Source: Candidatus Latescibacterota bacterium (lineage in GTDB: Bacteria > Latescibacterota > UBA2968 > UBA8231). Taken from it: a stretch of 64,000 bases of DNA. Numbering within the stretch: position 1 is the stretch's first letter; every line of letters starts with the position of its first letter. The notes below the pieces were generated by a model, which was not told the DNA's origin, searched no databases, and saw nothing but the letters and a program-made list of their open reading frames with translations. The position numbers and the translations under genes were made by a program. The stretch lies in contig OZ241889.1 of the NCBI GenBank assembly GCA_965203355.1, positions 3,552,001 through 3,616,000 on the forward strand, in the 5' to 3' direction. Shown here piece after piece: positions 29,009 through 39,836 of the stretch.

Positions 29009-30808
29009 ATGTTCAAGTGGCAATTTAGGCTGTTGATCGGCGTTCTATTGGGTGCGCGGGCGGCTGGTGCCGTGGAAGTGTGGACCGCGGGCGGCTCTGG
29101 CTTTGCCTGGCGCGATGTCGGCGAACTGACCGGACTCACCACCGACGCATCGGTCCTGCTCCCAGCCGTGGTGGACTCGACCACCAATGCCGTCGAAATT
29201 CTCACCCTGAAGCGGCGGGGGGGCAACATTTCCTCGCCGCAGTCGAGCGACGATCTGACCGGCCTGCTCACCGACGGCAACGCCGAGACCTTTTGGCGCG
29301 TCACGCGCGAGCGCCGTCCCGACGGCACTTCCATGCTCATCGACTTAGGCGCGATCTTGCCGATCAACCGCATCCGCTTTCAAGGCAACCCCGACATCTT
29401 TCTTCGCGCCTATGAGCTTTTTGTTCACGATGGCGACCCCGCGCAACTGAGAGAAGACCTGCCGATCGCCTTTGTCAACCAAGTCGGCGCCAATCTCGAA
29501 CAAAGCGAATCGGCTATCGACGTGCGCATTCCCCTCCAATTCGTGCGCTTTCTCCGCCTGATTAGCCGCTCGGGCCAAGAATTTATCATCGAGGAAGTCG
29601 AGGTCTTTGGCGATGGCTTCGCGCCCACCGGCAGTTATCTCTCCCAAGTCATCGACCTCGGCGAGGCCGCCAACTTTGGCCAAATTCGCCTCCAGACCCG
29701 CTCCGACCCGTTGACTAACGTGGTATTGCAGACGCGGACCGGCACGGTGCCCGACCCCAAAATTTACTATCGCAAAACCGAGGTCTTTGAGGGCGAGGAT
29801 CGGCAGGAAGAACCCATCTTGCCGATAGGCACGCCCGAGGCGGCCGACGAGTACGACGATCTGACCTCGTCCGACCAGGGCGCGATCATCGACAACATCG
29901 ACGAGTGGAGTCCTTGGTCGGCACCATACGAGGATTTCTTTGGCGATCTACTCTCGCCGGGCAACCGCCGCTACGTCCAGTTCCGCCTGTTGTTTTCGTC
30001 CGAGGACGCACGTCAATCAGCTCTCGTCGATTCGTTCTCCTTTGACTATTCGCTGCCGACACTGGCCGAAGAACTGACGGCCGAAATCACGCCAGCGACG
30101 GTCGCGCTCGGCGCGCGCAATGCCTTCGATTACTACATCCGCTCGACTTTCGGCACGGCCAACGCTGGATTCGACCGGGTGGAAATCCGCACGCCTTTCA
30201 AAGCGACGGTCAACAGCGTCGAGTTAGACGGGATCCCCGTATCCTTTGTGGAGGAGGACGCACAGGACGAGAGCAGGCTGGCCATCCAACTGACCGATGA
30301 CCGAGTGACCGAATCGGGCCAGCTTTTGCGCATCCATTTTGAGGCCATGGTGACGGTCTATGGCACCACTTTTTTCGCCAAGGTTTTCGACAGCCAAACG
30401 GGCGAACTCGGTCAAGACGTGGTGGCCGGAGACGCCACCCCCGCAGCCCAAACCGATCGCCTGTCGATCCAAGGCGCGTTGCGCCAAGAACTCGTCCTCG
30501 AATTGAAGGCGGACCCGCCGATATTTAGCCCCAACGGCGATGGAGTCAACGACCAGTTACAGGTGTCCTACATCTTGCTCCGCGCACTCTCGCAGGTGCC
30601 GGCCGACCTAAGGGTGTACGATCTCGCGGGTCGCCCGGTGCGGCACTTGCAAAAAAGCGGTGCGCTCAACGGGCCACAGCACACCACTTGGGACGGCTTG
30701 GACGAGCGCGGTGCCATGGTGCCACCTGGCCTCTACATCTTGCGGCTTTCCATTGATACGGATACCGGCTCTGAAGATCGGTCGCTGCTAGTGGGGCTAG
30801 CGTACTGA
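29009..30808 (+). CDS. Secreted discoidin-like + FlgD-Ig protein, 'short' paralog
   Basis: Signal peptide; GGSGFAW, LTDGNAETFW, SQVIDLG, TRTG, WSPWS, SPGNRRY, SPNGDGVND; ends LAY. Confidence 0.8.
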   Translation: MFKWQFRLLIGVLLGARAAGAVEVWTAGGSGFAWRDVGELTGLTTDASVLLPAVVDSTTNAVEILTLKRRGGNISSPQSSDDLTGLLTDGNAETFWRVTRERRPDGTSMLIDLGAILPINRIRFQGNPDIFLRAYELFVHDGDPAQLREDLPIAFVNQVGANLEQSESAIDVRIPLQFVRFLRLISRSGQEFIIEEVEVFGDGFAPTGSYLSQVIDLGEAANFGQIRLQTRSDPLTNVVLQTRTGTVPDPKIYYRKTEVFEGEDRQEEPILPIGTPEAADEYDDLTSSDQGAIIDNIDEWSPWSAPYEDFFGDLLSPGNRRYVQFRLLFSSEDARQSALVDSFSFDYSLPTLAEELTAEITPATVALGARNAFDYYIRSTFGTANAGFDRVEIRTPFKATVNSVELDGIPVSFVEEDAQDESRLAIQLTDDRVTESGQLLRIHFEAMVTVYGTTFFAKVFDSQTGELGQDVVAGDATPAAQTDRLSIQGALRQELVLELKADPPIFSPNGDGVNDQLQVSYILLRALSQVPADLRVYDLAGRPVRHLQKSGALNGPQHTTWDGLDERGAMVPPGLYILRLSIDTDTGSEDRSLLVGLAY

Positions 30809-30819
30809 GCGCACGGCCT

Positions 30820-33189
30820 ATGTCCAGTCCCCTATTCAATCACGCCACGCGCGCGTTAGGTCTCGTTGTAGCGTTGAGCGGTTTCGCCTTGGGCGAGCGC
30901 GTTTCGTTTGACACCCGCTCTGCTTGGCGCGAATGGACCCACCCGGTCGGTGCCTTAGCCCTCCAAGCGACCGGCCGGATCCAACCGGTACCCGTACGCA
31001 AAAACATCGACGCCGTGCGCAATGCCGAGCACTTTGGCGGCGGCATCCGCCAAGTCGGCAGCAACGCCCGCGACGCCAGCCGCATCATGGATGGCAATCC
31101 GGCCACTAGCTGGTCGCCCGATCCAGCGGACGGCATTGAAAACGCCTATATCGAACTCGACTTGGGCCGCTTGGTGACCTCCGCTGAAATCGCCCTAACG
31201 TTCGACCCGTCCGCGCCGCCCTTTGAGTTTTTCACCATCTTGCTGTCGAGCGGCGAAAAGTTCTTTACCAACGCCTTAGTGCCCGTAGAAGGCACCTTGG
31301 GCTACGGCCTCTCCAAGACCATTGGTTTCAACGAGAGCCACGAACTCGTTCTCGACCCCCGCCAGCGCACCTTGGCCCCGTCCGGCTCGGACGGCTTGGC
31401 CGATGGCCCGGCCGGCGAGTTCAAGGAATCCTCGGGTCTGGTGCGCATTATTCGCATTGAACTGTCCAAGTTTGTCGAGGGAGCGGGCTTGGCCGAGATT
31501 TCGGTTTCCACCATCGGCGACAACATCTCCCTCGGGATCATTGAGCGCGGCGGCAACATCGAACTCATCACCGACTTGCAAGCCGTGCTCTCCGGCGGCG
31601 AGAACATGGTAGATGGCGATATTGTCACCAACTGGGGCATGCAGACGTACCACCAGACCCAGACCGGCTTCGACATCTTCAATCGCATCATCTTCGATTT
31701 AGGGGCCCATTACTGGATTGACCAGATTCGCATCATCGGCGAGCCAGCCGGTGCTCCATCGCGGATGCGCAGTCGCTACGCCAACTTCTTCTGGTACCAG
31801 CTGCTCGCTTCCGACGGCTCGATCTCCCCGGATGGCACCCTGAATTTTCGCGAGCTCGCCTTTGTCGACGACAGCCCGCTAAACGAGACGACGATCCGCA
31901 ACTTCGACCACCAATTCGACTTGCAGAAAATCCGCTATATCAAGCAATACTTCCCCTCTTCTCGCCACGGCGGCGAGCGCAGCGGCACCCACGGCACCTA
32001 CCGCCTCTTCGCGCTGATTAGCGAGTTTCAGATTTACGGCGAAGGCTTTCCCGCCGAGGTGCAGCTCACCTCGCCGATTCTCGACCTCGGCGCCGCCAAG
32101 GCCCTGACTTCGGTCGAGTGGGACGCGGCCGTGCCGCCCGGTACGCGCATCGAGCTCCGCAGTCGCACCGGCAAGGAAGTCGTCGAGACCATTCACTACT
32201 TCGACAAGAAGGGCAAAGAGATCACCGAGCGGAAGTGGAACAAGACGCCTTCGAGCTTGCGCGGGCCGACCGAAACCGCGATCTCGGTCGGTTCGGACTG
32301 GAGCATCTGGAGCGATCCGTACGTGACTTCGGGTGCGCTCTTTAACTCGCCCTCGCCGCGCCGCTATGCCCAACTCGACCTGCGGCTGATTTCCGACGAT
32401 CCCAACGCAGCCCCGTCGCTCAATGCCCTGCATTTGAACATGGAAAATCCCATGGCCCTCGAAACGCGCGCCGAGGTATTTCCCAGCCAAGTTGAACCCG
32501 GCGTCAAAAAGGACTTTACGTACTTTGTCCTGCCCATTTTTGGCGGGCGCGCACAGGGCTTTGACCGCCTGACCATGGCCGCGTCCGTGCCCGTTGATTT
32601 TACCAGTCTAACGTTGGGGGACGAGCCGGTGGAGGTCGCGGTCACCCCAGTCGCCGCCGGGTTTGTCGTCGATCTACCGACCCCGGTTCGTCGCTCGGCG
32701 CTGATCGAGCTTTCGTTCAGCAGCACCATTTACCAAAACCAGACGCGCTTCGACCTTTTCCTCGGCAACAGCAATCTCGACCCGGCGGTGCGCCAGCGCG
32801 TCGACCCAGGCGACGCCAAAGCCGATGTGCCGAGCGAATCCGTCTCCGTGCAACTGCCAATCAACGATCTCTTGCTAGCCAACATCGCCCTTTCGACGGC
32901 GGTACTGACGCCCAATGGCGATGGAATTGGCGACGAGCTAGCCATTGAATTTGACGCGCTCAAACTGGTGACGCCGCGACCCGTTCGGGTCCACATCTAC
33001 GACTTGGCCGGCCGCAACGTGCGCACCCTCGACAGCGGCGCTGGGCTGGCGCGGCGCTATCGCTTCACTTGGAATGGCCGCAACCGCACCGGGGCACTCG
33101 TGAGTCCAGGGACCTACTTAGTGCAAATCGAGGTGGCCGGCGACTCCCAGACCGAGACCGTGCAGCGGCTCGTGCCGGTGGCCTACTGA
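30820..33189 (+). CDS. Secreted discoidin-like + FlgD-Ig protein, 'long' paralog 2
   Basis: Colinear with 25458-27794: GGGIR..GSN, SPILDLG, SRTG, WSIWS, SPSPRRY, TPNGDGIGD; ends VAY. Confidence 0.8.
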   Translation: MSSPLFNHATRALGLVVALSGFALGERVSFDTRSAWREWTHPVGALALQATGRIQPVPVRKNIDAVRNAEHFGGGIRQVGSNARDASRIMDGNPATSWSPDPADGIENAYIELDLGRLVTSAEIALTFDPSAPPFEFFTILLSSGEKFFTNALVPVEGTLGYGLSKTIGFNESHELVLDPRQRTLAPSGSDGLADGPAGEFKESSGLVRIIRIELSKFVEGAGLAEISVSTIGDNISLGIIERGGNIELITDLQAVLSGGENMVDGDIVTNWGMQTYHQTQTGFDIFNRIIFDLGAHYWIDQIRIIGEPAGAPSRMRSRYANFFWYQLLASDGSISPDGTLNFRELAFVDDSPLNETTIRNFDHQFDLQKIRYIKQYFPSSRHGGERSGTHGTYRLFALISEFQIYGEGFPAEVQLTSPILDLGAAKALTSVEWDAAVPPGTRIELRSRTGKEVVETIHYFDKKGKEITERKWNKTPSSLRGPTETAISVGSDWSIWSDPYVTSGALFNSPSPRRYAQLDLRLISDDPNAAPSLNALHLNMENPMALETRAEVFPSQVEPGVKKDFTYFVLPIFGGRAQGFDRLTMAASVPVDFTSLTLGDEPVEVAVTPVAAGFVVDLPTPVRRSALIELSFSSTIYQNQTRFDLFLGNSNLDPAVRQRVDPGDAKADVPSESVSVQLPINDLLLANIALSTAVLTPNGDGIGDELAIEFDALKLVTPRPVRVHIYDLAGRNVRTLDSGAGLARRYRFTWNGRNRTGALVSPGTYLVQIEVAGDSQTETVQRLVPVAY

Positions 33190-33230
33190 GGGGGACTGCT
33201 TTTGCCACTTTACCGCAAAAAGGAACAGCG

Positions 33231-35000
33231 ATGACCCGTGCCGCACTCGCATTAGCTTGCTTAGCCATACCGGTCTCGGCCGCCGAACGGCTCAAAATAG
33301 GCGGCGATGGCCTGGAGTGGGAGCGCAACGCGCTCATCTTCAACGCACTTGAAGTCACCGACGATAGGGGCCTCTCGCCGCTGGAGGCCGACCCCGAAGA
33401 GAATATCCTGCCGCGCATCAAGGAACTCGGCGGCAGCGCGACCACCTCGGTGCGCACGGCAGCGGCGCGCTCCAATCAGATAATCAACGAACTCATCGAC
33501 GGCTCCCACACCACGGGTTGGCGCGTGTACACCAACCCCAACGGCGCTGAACTCGAAGTCGATATGGGTGCCATCTTCGTCCTCCATCGCCTCTATTTTC
33601 GCCGCGGCGTCCTCAACGACGACGAGCGTTCGCTGCGCGGCTACGAGTTCTACGCCAACGACGGCGATTCGCTCAACTTCATCGGCGGCAATCCCGTGTA
33701 CGCGCTCATAGCGCAAGACCGCTCGCACGGCCAGCCCGAGCTCGATCTGAGCTTTCCGCCGACCAAGGTGCGTTTTTTCAGGCTGCGCAGCACGGGCGAA
33801 CGCGGCTTCCAGATGGGCGACCTCGAAGTTTTTGGCGTTGGCGTCACGCCCTTTGCCCAGTACATATCGCACGTGATCGACCTCGGCGAGGCGGCCAACT
33901 TTGGGCCGATCGATGTGTACAGCCGCATCAACGGCACCGCGCAAGCCCAGTTCAGCACCAAAACCGGTTTTGTCGCCGAGGACTCGCTTTACTTCCGCCA
34001 AACCGGCATTCCCGGGGAAGTGGAGGAAGTGGCCCTAGCGGATTTCGACCGCACGCTCGATCCATCGTACGCCGGCGTCGTCCGCGAAAACGACCGCGAC
34101 TGGAGTGCGTGGTCCCCGCCCTACGCCGAGCGGATCAACGCCTCGATCCATTCGCCGGACAACCGGCGCTACCTCCAGTTCCAATTCAAGCTCCTGTCGG
34201 GCAGCTTGCTCGACAAAGCCGTCATCGACTCCGTGGTCTTTAACTACACCGTGCCGGCCCTCGCCGACTCGGTCATCGCCGAAATCAGCCCGGCCACGGC
34301 CATCCTCGGGCGGGAGAACGAATTTACCTATTACCTGCGCTCGGTCGTCTCGAGCGGCAACCGAGGTTTTGACACCGTGATCATCCACACGCCATTTGCG
34401 GCCCGCGCCACCGGCGTACGCGTCGATGGGGTGGAGATTGACAACTTCACCACAGCATCCGATTTGGGCCGCTTGCAGGTGAGCTTTCCCGACCAACGCA
34501 TAACCCGTAGCGGCCAAGAAGTCGCCGTGCGCTTTGCCAGCTTGGTCACCGTCTCCGGCACGGAATTCCGCGCCGAGGTCGCCGACAGCCAATCCGACGC
34601 GTTTCCTCAGCGAGTCGCTTTTGGCGATGCGGTCGCGGAAGCCGCCGACAACACGCTCGTCGTCAGTGCCCGCATCGACGATGAGCTTTTTACCGGCGTG
34701 GTGTTCTCATCTGCGGTAATCACGCCCAATGGCGATGGCATCAACGACCAGATCACCCTCGACTACATTCTGCTCAAGGCGACCCACGAGGTCGAAGTCG
34801 AGGTCGTCGTGTACGATTTGAGCGGCCAGCCGGTGCATCGCCTCTACCAAGCCCGCGATCGCTCCGGTCCCAATCAAGTTAGCTGGGATGGCCGCGACGA
34901 CGCCGGCGCGGTGGTGCCGGGGATGTACTTGCTCCGCCTCAAAGCCGCGACCGACGCTGGCATCGCCACGCAAATGCGGAGTATTGCCGTAGTGTATTAA
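33231..35000 (+). CDS. Secreted discoidin-like + FlgD-Ig protein, 'short' paralog
   Basis: ATG at 33231 after AAGGA; IGGDGLEW, LIDG..TTGW, SHVIDLG, WSAWS, SPDNRRY, TPNGDGIND; ends VVY. Confidence 0.8.
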   Translation: MTRAALALACLAIPVSAAERLKIGGDGLEWERNALIFNALEVTDDRGLSPLEADPEENILPRIKELGGSATTSVRTAAARSNQIINELIDGSHTTGWRVYTNPNGAELEVDMGAIFVLHRLYFRRGVLNDDERSLRGYEFYANDGDSLNFIGGNPVYALIAQDRSHGQPELDLSFPPTKVRFFRLRSTGERGFQMGDLEVFGVGVTPFAQYISHVIDLGEAANFGPIDVYSRINGTAQAQFSTKTGFVAEDSLYFRQTGIPGEVEEVALADFDRTLDPSYAGVVRENDRDWSAWSPPYAERINASIHSPDNRRYLQFQFKLLSGSLLDKAVIDSVVFNYTVPALADSVIAEISPATAILGRENEFTYYLRSVVSSGNRGFDTVIIHTPFAARATGVRVDGVEIDNFTTASDLGRLQVSFPDQRITRSGQEVAVRFASLVTVSGTEFRAEVADSQSDAFPQRVAFGDAVAEAADNTLVVSARIDDELFTGVVFSSAVITPNGDGINDQITLDYILLKATHEVEVEVVVYDLSGQPVHRLYQARDRSGPNQVSWDGRDDAGAVVPGMYLLRLKAATDAGIATQMRSIAVVY

Positions 35001-35086
35001 CAGGGCCGGGCCATCTCGGCCGCCTATTTTTGACTGCGCGGCTAGTCGCGCACCAAGCACAAATGAACGCCTAAGGGAGGGTTGTT

Positions 35087-37702
35087 ATGCACAAAGTTAT
35101 GTTCTGGGGGCTTGCCTTGCTGGTTCTAGTGGTCGCCGCGTCCAGCGTCCAAGCAGCCACCCCGGGGCGCGAGCGCGGCGCCACCTCGCAAGTTCGGATC
35201 GAGGGCTTCGACCCCTTGATCCCGACTTTGCGCAAGTGGTACGTGCCCCAGGATCTCTACTACATCTACCATTGGGGAGGCTACAAGTACACCAACTACG
35301 CCAGGGAACCGTTCCAGCGCTATGTCAACACGCAGTTAGAAGGCACGGGCCAGTACGACATCTTCGGCAACTGGATCACCCGCGGCTGGCGCGTTTACGA
35401 GTGGCGTCAGCAGCAGCCGCTGGCCTTTGGCAGCTCGGTATTCAAAGACAGCCGCTTTGGCTCTTGGTTCCAAAACCTACTGGTGGCCGCCGATTCCAAG
35501 GGCCAGTACTACTCCGCGCTGACCGTCGGCGATTACATCCGCACGACCCTGACCCCACTGACCTTCAGCCGCTCGCGCTTCAACGGCGTCCAATGGGACT
35601 TTGCGTCCGACAAGTACGAAGCCACCGTGCTGCTGTCGCGCGTCAATGAACCGGTGCGGTTGGCACAGGGGGGGAACCGAGTGCAAGACACGGACTTCAC
35701 CAACTTCATCGGCCTGCGCGGCCGCGCCCAAGTCGGCGATTTCATGGGCTTAGGCGTCACGTATGTCAATACGAACTTCGGCTCGGCGAGCAGCAATTTC
35801 TCGGAAAACTCGCGCGCTGGCTTGCTGACCAGTAGCCAGAATTCGGGCAACGTCACCGAAATCGTCATCCGCATCGCCGACGACTCGCCCGGCGACGGGT
35901 CGGGCGCGTTGTTCTTTTCGGCGCAGATGATCGTCGATGGCCAAGAGACCGCGGTCAATCCCACTATTGAGGGCGGCCGCCAGCGCGAGGGCTTTCTCGA
36001 AGCCCTCGAAGAGGCCCCGATCCTCCTCCGCTACCGCGTGCCCGACCCGCTGGTGGTGCAAAAGGTCAGCTTTGCCATGGTGCTCTCCAACGACTATCGA
36101 GTGGAGATCACCTCCAACTTGCAGACCAATATCAACGGCCAGCCCATCTTCTTGCCGGTCACTCGCTCCGAAGGCAATGTGCGCGACAACACCAACCAGC
36201 GCGTCGTCCGCTTTGACTACGGACTACCTTCGGCCAACCAAATCGCCAGCGTTGACTTGACCATTGAGGATATATGGGGCTTGGAGGTGCGCGGCGAATT
36301 CGCGCGCAACACCCAGTTTCAGCGCTATCCCAACATCAACATCCAGAAACTGAGCAACCTCAAAAAGAGCAGCCGCACGGCCGATGCTTGGTTTGTCAAC
36401 GCCACGCGCCGCATGAACCGCTACTTTGGCTACGGCGAGGTGTTCAGCATGGATTACGGGTACACCACGCGCGGGTACATCACCGACCAAAACGATGTGG
36501 TGGATTACGAAAACCAGCGCCAGAACTGGTTCGAGTACATCGACGATAACGACGATCAGGACCAACTCGTCGATTGGCCGCGCTTTGGCGGGGCCGGCGG
36601 CGACAACGCCGTCTTCCCCGGCCTCGACGAAAACAACGACCTGCTCTCGGACTTCAACGAAAACGCCAACCTCACCCCGGACTACGAAGAGCCATTCTTG
36701 CGCCACTACATCGACCCGCCCGACTTCCTTTTTGGCGTCGATATGAACCACAATACCGTGGTGGATCGCTTTGAAAACGACGACGAGGCCGACTATCCCT
36801 ACCGCAAGGGTCATCGCGGCTGGAACGTGTACGGGGGAGCCGAGATTTACCCCGGGATCAATCTCACCGTAGGGCGCAATCGCGAGTGGCTGATCGCCGG
36901 CGAAGAGCGGTCAACCGCCCTGTACGCCTTGCTCAGCGCGGTGCGCGACATCGCTAGGACGGGCAAGTTTGAAGTCTTCCACATGATCAAGTCCGTTGAA
37001 GACAACATCGCCGACAACCTGCTGCAATGGGTGCAACGCCCAGGTTCCATTGGCGGCTTGCAGCCTTTTGACGACCCCTTAATCACCGGCAACACCCTCG
37101 TCAATCAGAGCTTCGTCGGCTACAAGTACGCCCGCGGCAACCTGACTTTTGTCAACAAGTTCCGCCTCGATCACTTCAAGCAGCGCGACGACGCGGCCAG
37201 CCGCCTCCGCGACAGCGCGTTCTACGGCGTGATCAACAAGGCGGATTATCCGTTTTCCATTGGGCGCAACATCACCTTTATCCCGCGCTGGAAAAACATG
37301 TGGCGCAAACGCACCCAACCGCGCACCATCCAGCTTGAGATCAACGAGTTGAGTGAGATTTTCTCCTTGTCCGCGGTGTTCCCGGTGCTGACGAGAAGCC
37401 GCGTCGAAGTCGGCGTAGAAGCCATAATTTTCCGCAATGCCGTGGCGATTCCCGACCCCTTGCCGCCCGAATACATCGACGATTTCATCGGCAAGGTGTT
37501 CACCCTACAGTACACCAATCGAGTCCAGTACCAAGGGTACAGCGTCATTTCCAACGTGGGCTTTCAGGTCAACGACATCAACTTTGCCAACCTCACCGAC
37601 CAAGACGTGAGCAACACCATTGCCTTCATCGAACTCTATGCCGGGCTAGACGAAGAGCGCTTGGGCGGCCGGCCCGCCGAAAGAAGGGGATGGAGCTTCT
37701 AA
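35087..37702 (+). CDS. Large secreted protein, probable outer-membrane beta-barrel with acidic Ca-binding-like loops
   Basis: RBS GGAGG; signal peptide; alternating aromatic/polar strands; DDNDDQD, DENND and DMNHN motifs; terminal Phe. Confidence 0.55.
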   Translation: MHKVMFWGLALLVLVVAASSVQAATPGRERGATSQVRIEGFDPLIPTLRKWYVPQDLYYIYHWGGYKYTNYAREPFQRYVNTQLEGTGQYDIFGNWITRGWRVYEWRQQQPLAFGSSVFKDSRFGSWFQNLLVAADSKGQYYSALTVGDYIRTTLTPLTFSRSRFNGVQWDFASDKYEATVLLSRVNEPVRLAQGGNRVQDTDFTNFIGLRGRAQVGDFMGLGVTYVNTNFGSASSNFSENSRAGLLTSSQNSGNVTEIVIRIADDSPGDGSGALFFSAQMIVDGQETAVNPTIEGGRQREGFLEALEEAPILLRYRVPDPLVVQKVSFAMVLSNDYRVEITSNLQTNINGQPIFLPVTRSEGNVRDNTNQRVVRFDYGLPSANQIASVDLTIEDIWGLEVRGEFARNTQFQRYPNINIQKLSNLKKSSRTADAWFVNATRRMNRYFGYGEVFSMDYGYTTRGYITDQNDVVDYENQRQNWFEYIDDNDDQDQLVDWPRFGGAGGDNAVFPGLDENNDLLSDFNENANLTPDYEEPFLRHYIDPPDFLFGVDMNHNTVVDRFENDDEADYPYRKGHRGWNVYGGAEIYPGINLTVGRNREWLIAGEERSTALYALLSAVRDIARTGKFEVFHMIKSVEDNIADNLLQWVQRPGSIGGLQPFDDPLITGNTLVNQSFVGYKYARGNLTFVNKFRLDHFKQRDDAASRLRDSAFYGVINKADYPFSIGRNITFIPRWKNMWRKRTQPRTIQLEINELSEIFSLSAVFPVLTRSRVEVGVEAIIFRNAVAIPDPLPPEYIDDFIGKVFTLQYTNRVQYQGYSVISNVGFQVNDINFANLTDQDVSNTIAFIELYAGLDEERLGGRPAERRGWSF

Positions 37703-38997
37703 AGCCGCAGACGGCCATCTTGGCCTGGGGCTTGTGGGCCTGCGCCGACGCACCGCCCGAAAGCGCGTCGGCGATCTTGGCCCGAGTGGGCGAAGCCGAG
37801 ATTAGCGCGCGGGATTTTGCCGCGGCGTTAGAAAAGCTCCCGGCCAGCCGCGAAGCGCAGCCGCTTGCCGATTGGCGTCGCCAACTTCAGGCCCTCATCG
37901 ACAAAGAGTTGCTGCTGCTCGAAGCCCAGGCCCAAGGGCTAGACGAAGCGATCGCCGATGCGATGGCCGTTTGGGAGCGCCAAGAACGGGTCGAAGCGTT
38001 GCTCGCACGCGAGATGGGCGAGCGATTGACTTATACGGAAGCCGAGCTCGCGGCATTCTTCGCCGAATCGGGCGCGGGCCGCGAAATTCGCTTGCGGCGC
38101 TTGCCCGTGCGCGAGCGGGCCGCCGCCTTGGCGGCGCTTAGAAAGGCGCAAGAAGGGTTGGCTCTGGACGGAGCGTGGAGCGAGAGCGGGTGGCTCAACG
38201 CACTCAACGCGGGCGACGCGCGCACCGCCGCCCTGTTCCTACAGGAAGTGGGAGCCGTTGAGTTGGTAGAAACGGACGGGCAATTTTTAGTGGTAGCCGT
38301 TGCGGCCGAGCGCTCGGTCTCGTTGGCCGACCGCCGACCGCTCGTGGAAGCGGCCCTAGCTCGGCACAAGAAGCAACAGGCGAACCTAGCCTATCTAGAG
38401 CAGTTGACCAGCCAATACGCGGTGCAGTTAGACACGGCCGCGCTGCGGCAGGTCGCCGCTGGTGCGGCGCGGCCAGCGGTGCGGTTGGTCCGCAGTGCGG
38501 CGGGCGACTGGAGCGTCCGGGACTACCAGCAGGCCCTCGCCCGACTCGGGGCCGCGGCCGGGTCGCCGCCGACCGATGTCAGCGCCCTCGGATTCAAGGT
38601 GACGCGGGCCTTTGTCGCCGACCAAATTCTACCGCGGGAAGCGCGCCAGCACGGCCTAGACGCCGAGTTGGAACCGCGCCGCGCTGAGGTGCGCCAACAA
38701 AAGCTGATCCAAGCCTTGTGGGAGCGAGAAATTTACGCGCACATCGAGCTTGACCCCGCGCAGATACGCGCCTTTTACGAGGCCAACGCGCAACGCTACG
38801 CCCGCTCGGGCGCGCTCGGGCAAAAACTGCAAGCGCAAGTTGCACGCGACCTGCGCGACGCCCAAGCCGTGCCCCTATTCGACCGCTACATCGCGCAACT
38901 GCGCGAAAAATACGCCGAACTCGTCGCGGTGGAGGAAGGGCGGTTGGGGGCGTTTGTCTCCCAACGCAGACAGGCGACCAACCCAGTCGATCTATGA
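37690..38997 (+). CDS. SurA-N-domain/degenerate parvulin chaperone lipoprotein
   Basis: Lipobox-like LWAC; ILARVG..EIS, LIDKELLLLEAQAQGLD and IRAFYEAN are shared with the other foldases; rotamase motifs eroded. Confidence 0.65.
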   Translation: MELLKPQTAILAWGLWACADAPPESASAILARVGEAEISARDFAAALEKLPASREAQPLADWRRQLQALIDKELLLLEAQAQGLDEAIADAMAVWERQERVEALLAREMGERLTYTEAELAAFFAESGAGREIRLRRLPVRERAAALAALRKAQEGLALDGAWSESGWLNALNAGDARTAALFLQEVGAVELVETDGQFLVVAVAAERSVSLADRRPLVEAALARHKKQQANLAYLEQLTSQYAVQLDTAALRQVAAGAARPAVRLVRSAAGDWSVRDYQQALARLGAAAGSPPTDVSALGFKVTRAFVADQILPREARQHGLDAELEPRRAEVRQQKLIQALWEREIYAHIELDPAQIRAFYEANAQRYARSGALGQKLQAQVARDLRDAQAVPLFDRYIAQLREKYAELVAVEEGRLGAFVSQRRQATNPVDL

Positions 38998-39020
38998 GTT
39001 TATCAGAGAGGAGTGTTCCC

Positions 39021-39785
39021 ATGGACGCTGACAAAAAAATTTCCATCCTCGTCGCGGCGGCCCTCTTATTGGCCTGCGGCCATTACCTAATGCCCGGGCG
39101 GTTCCAGCCCTTAGAGGTGGCCCAGCAGTCGACCGACATTCAAGGGTCGAGTATGAAAATCCTCGACGACGGTACGGTCACCTTCGTGCAGAACCGCCTC
39201 GAAGTGTCCGTGCGGCCCATGGACGACGAGGAGATCAATCGCCAGTACCCGGCCCAATCTACCAACGCCAGCGGTCCGGCCGACGAGCTACCGTCCAACC
39301 CGTTCACCTATGGCAATTGGCTCGATCCGCGCACCGGTACGTCTCCGCAGCGTTTGTCCATCTTCAAAATCACGGTCAAAAACTACGAATATCCCAAGGT
39401 TAAGTTCGACCCGCTGCTGGTGAACGTGGAGTCGGCCAATGGGCGGCACTATCATCCTTGGGGCAGCTATGACGTAGAGGAGTACTTTCGGCGTTTTCCG
39501 TTGGCCTTCAACGGTTTGGGCTATATGCGCTTTGACGAGCGTCGCGACCTCTACAACCAAGCCAAGTACCCAGACGACGAGTTTTGCTTCTCCGGGCAAG
39601 AGGTCGAAGGCTACGTGGTTTTCCCCAAGATCCACGACGACGTCGCCGAAATCGCCGTCGAGATTCCCGAGTTCGGCCTGCGCTACAACTTCCGCAACGA
39701 GCCTCTGGAGACTATCGACCTGCGCTTCCGCTTCAAGCGCGCCATTGACAGAGTCAAAAACATCGACAAACTAGCGGCCAATTAG
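39021..39785 (+). CDS. Hypothetical lipoprotein (Ig-like, DUF4352-like fold possible)
   Basis: RBS GAGGAG; lipobox LLAC; FKITVKN...SGQEVEGYVVF. Confidence 0.7.
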   Translation: MDADKKISILVAAALLLACGHYLMPGRFQPLEVAQQSTDIQGSSMKILDDGTVTFVQNRLEVSVRPMDDEEINRQYPAQSTNASGPADELPSNPFTYGNWLDPRTGTSPQRLSIFKITVKNYEYPKVKFDPLLVNVESANGRHYHPWGSYDVEEYFRRFPLAFNGLGYMRFDERRDLYNQAKYPDDEFCFSGQEVEGYVVFPKIHDDVAEIAVEIPEFGLRYNFRNEPLETIDLRFRFKRAIDRVKNIDKLAAN

Positions 39786-39836
39786 CCGAGCTGGTCAGGC
39801 TGTACAAGCCTAGGGGCAGGCGGCGGCCCCCATTTA

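Noticed and set aside
25458-35000. Flagellar hook-cap (flgD) or gliding-motility genes
   Set aside because: The FlgD-Ig/PNGDG segment is only a C-terminal tail on large secreted proteins; no flagellar or gld/spr genes nearby.
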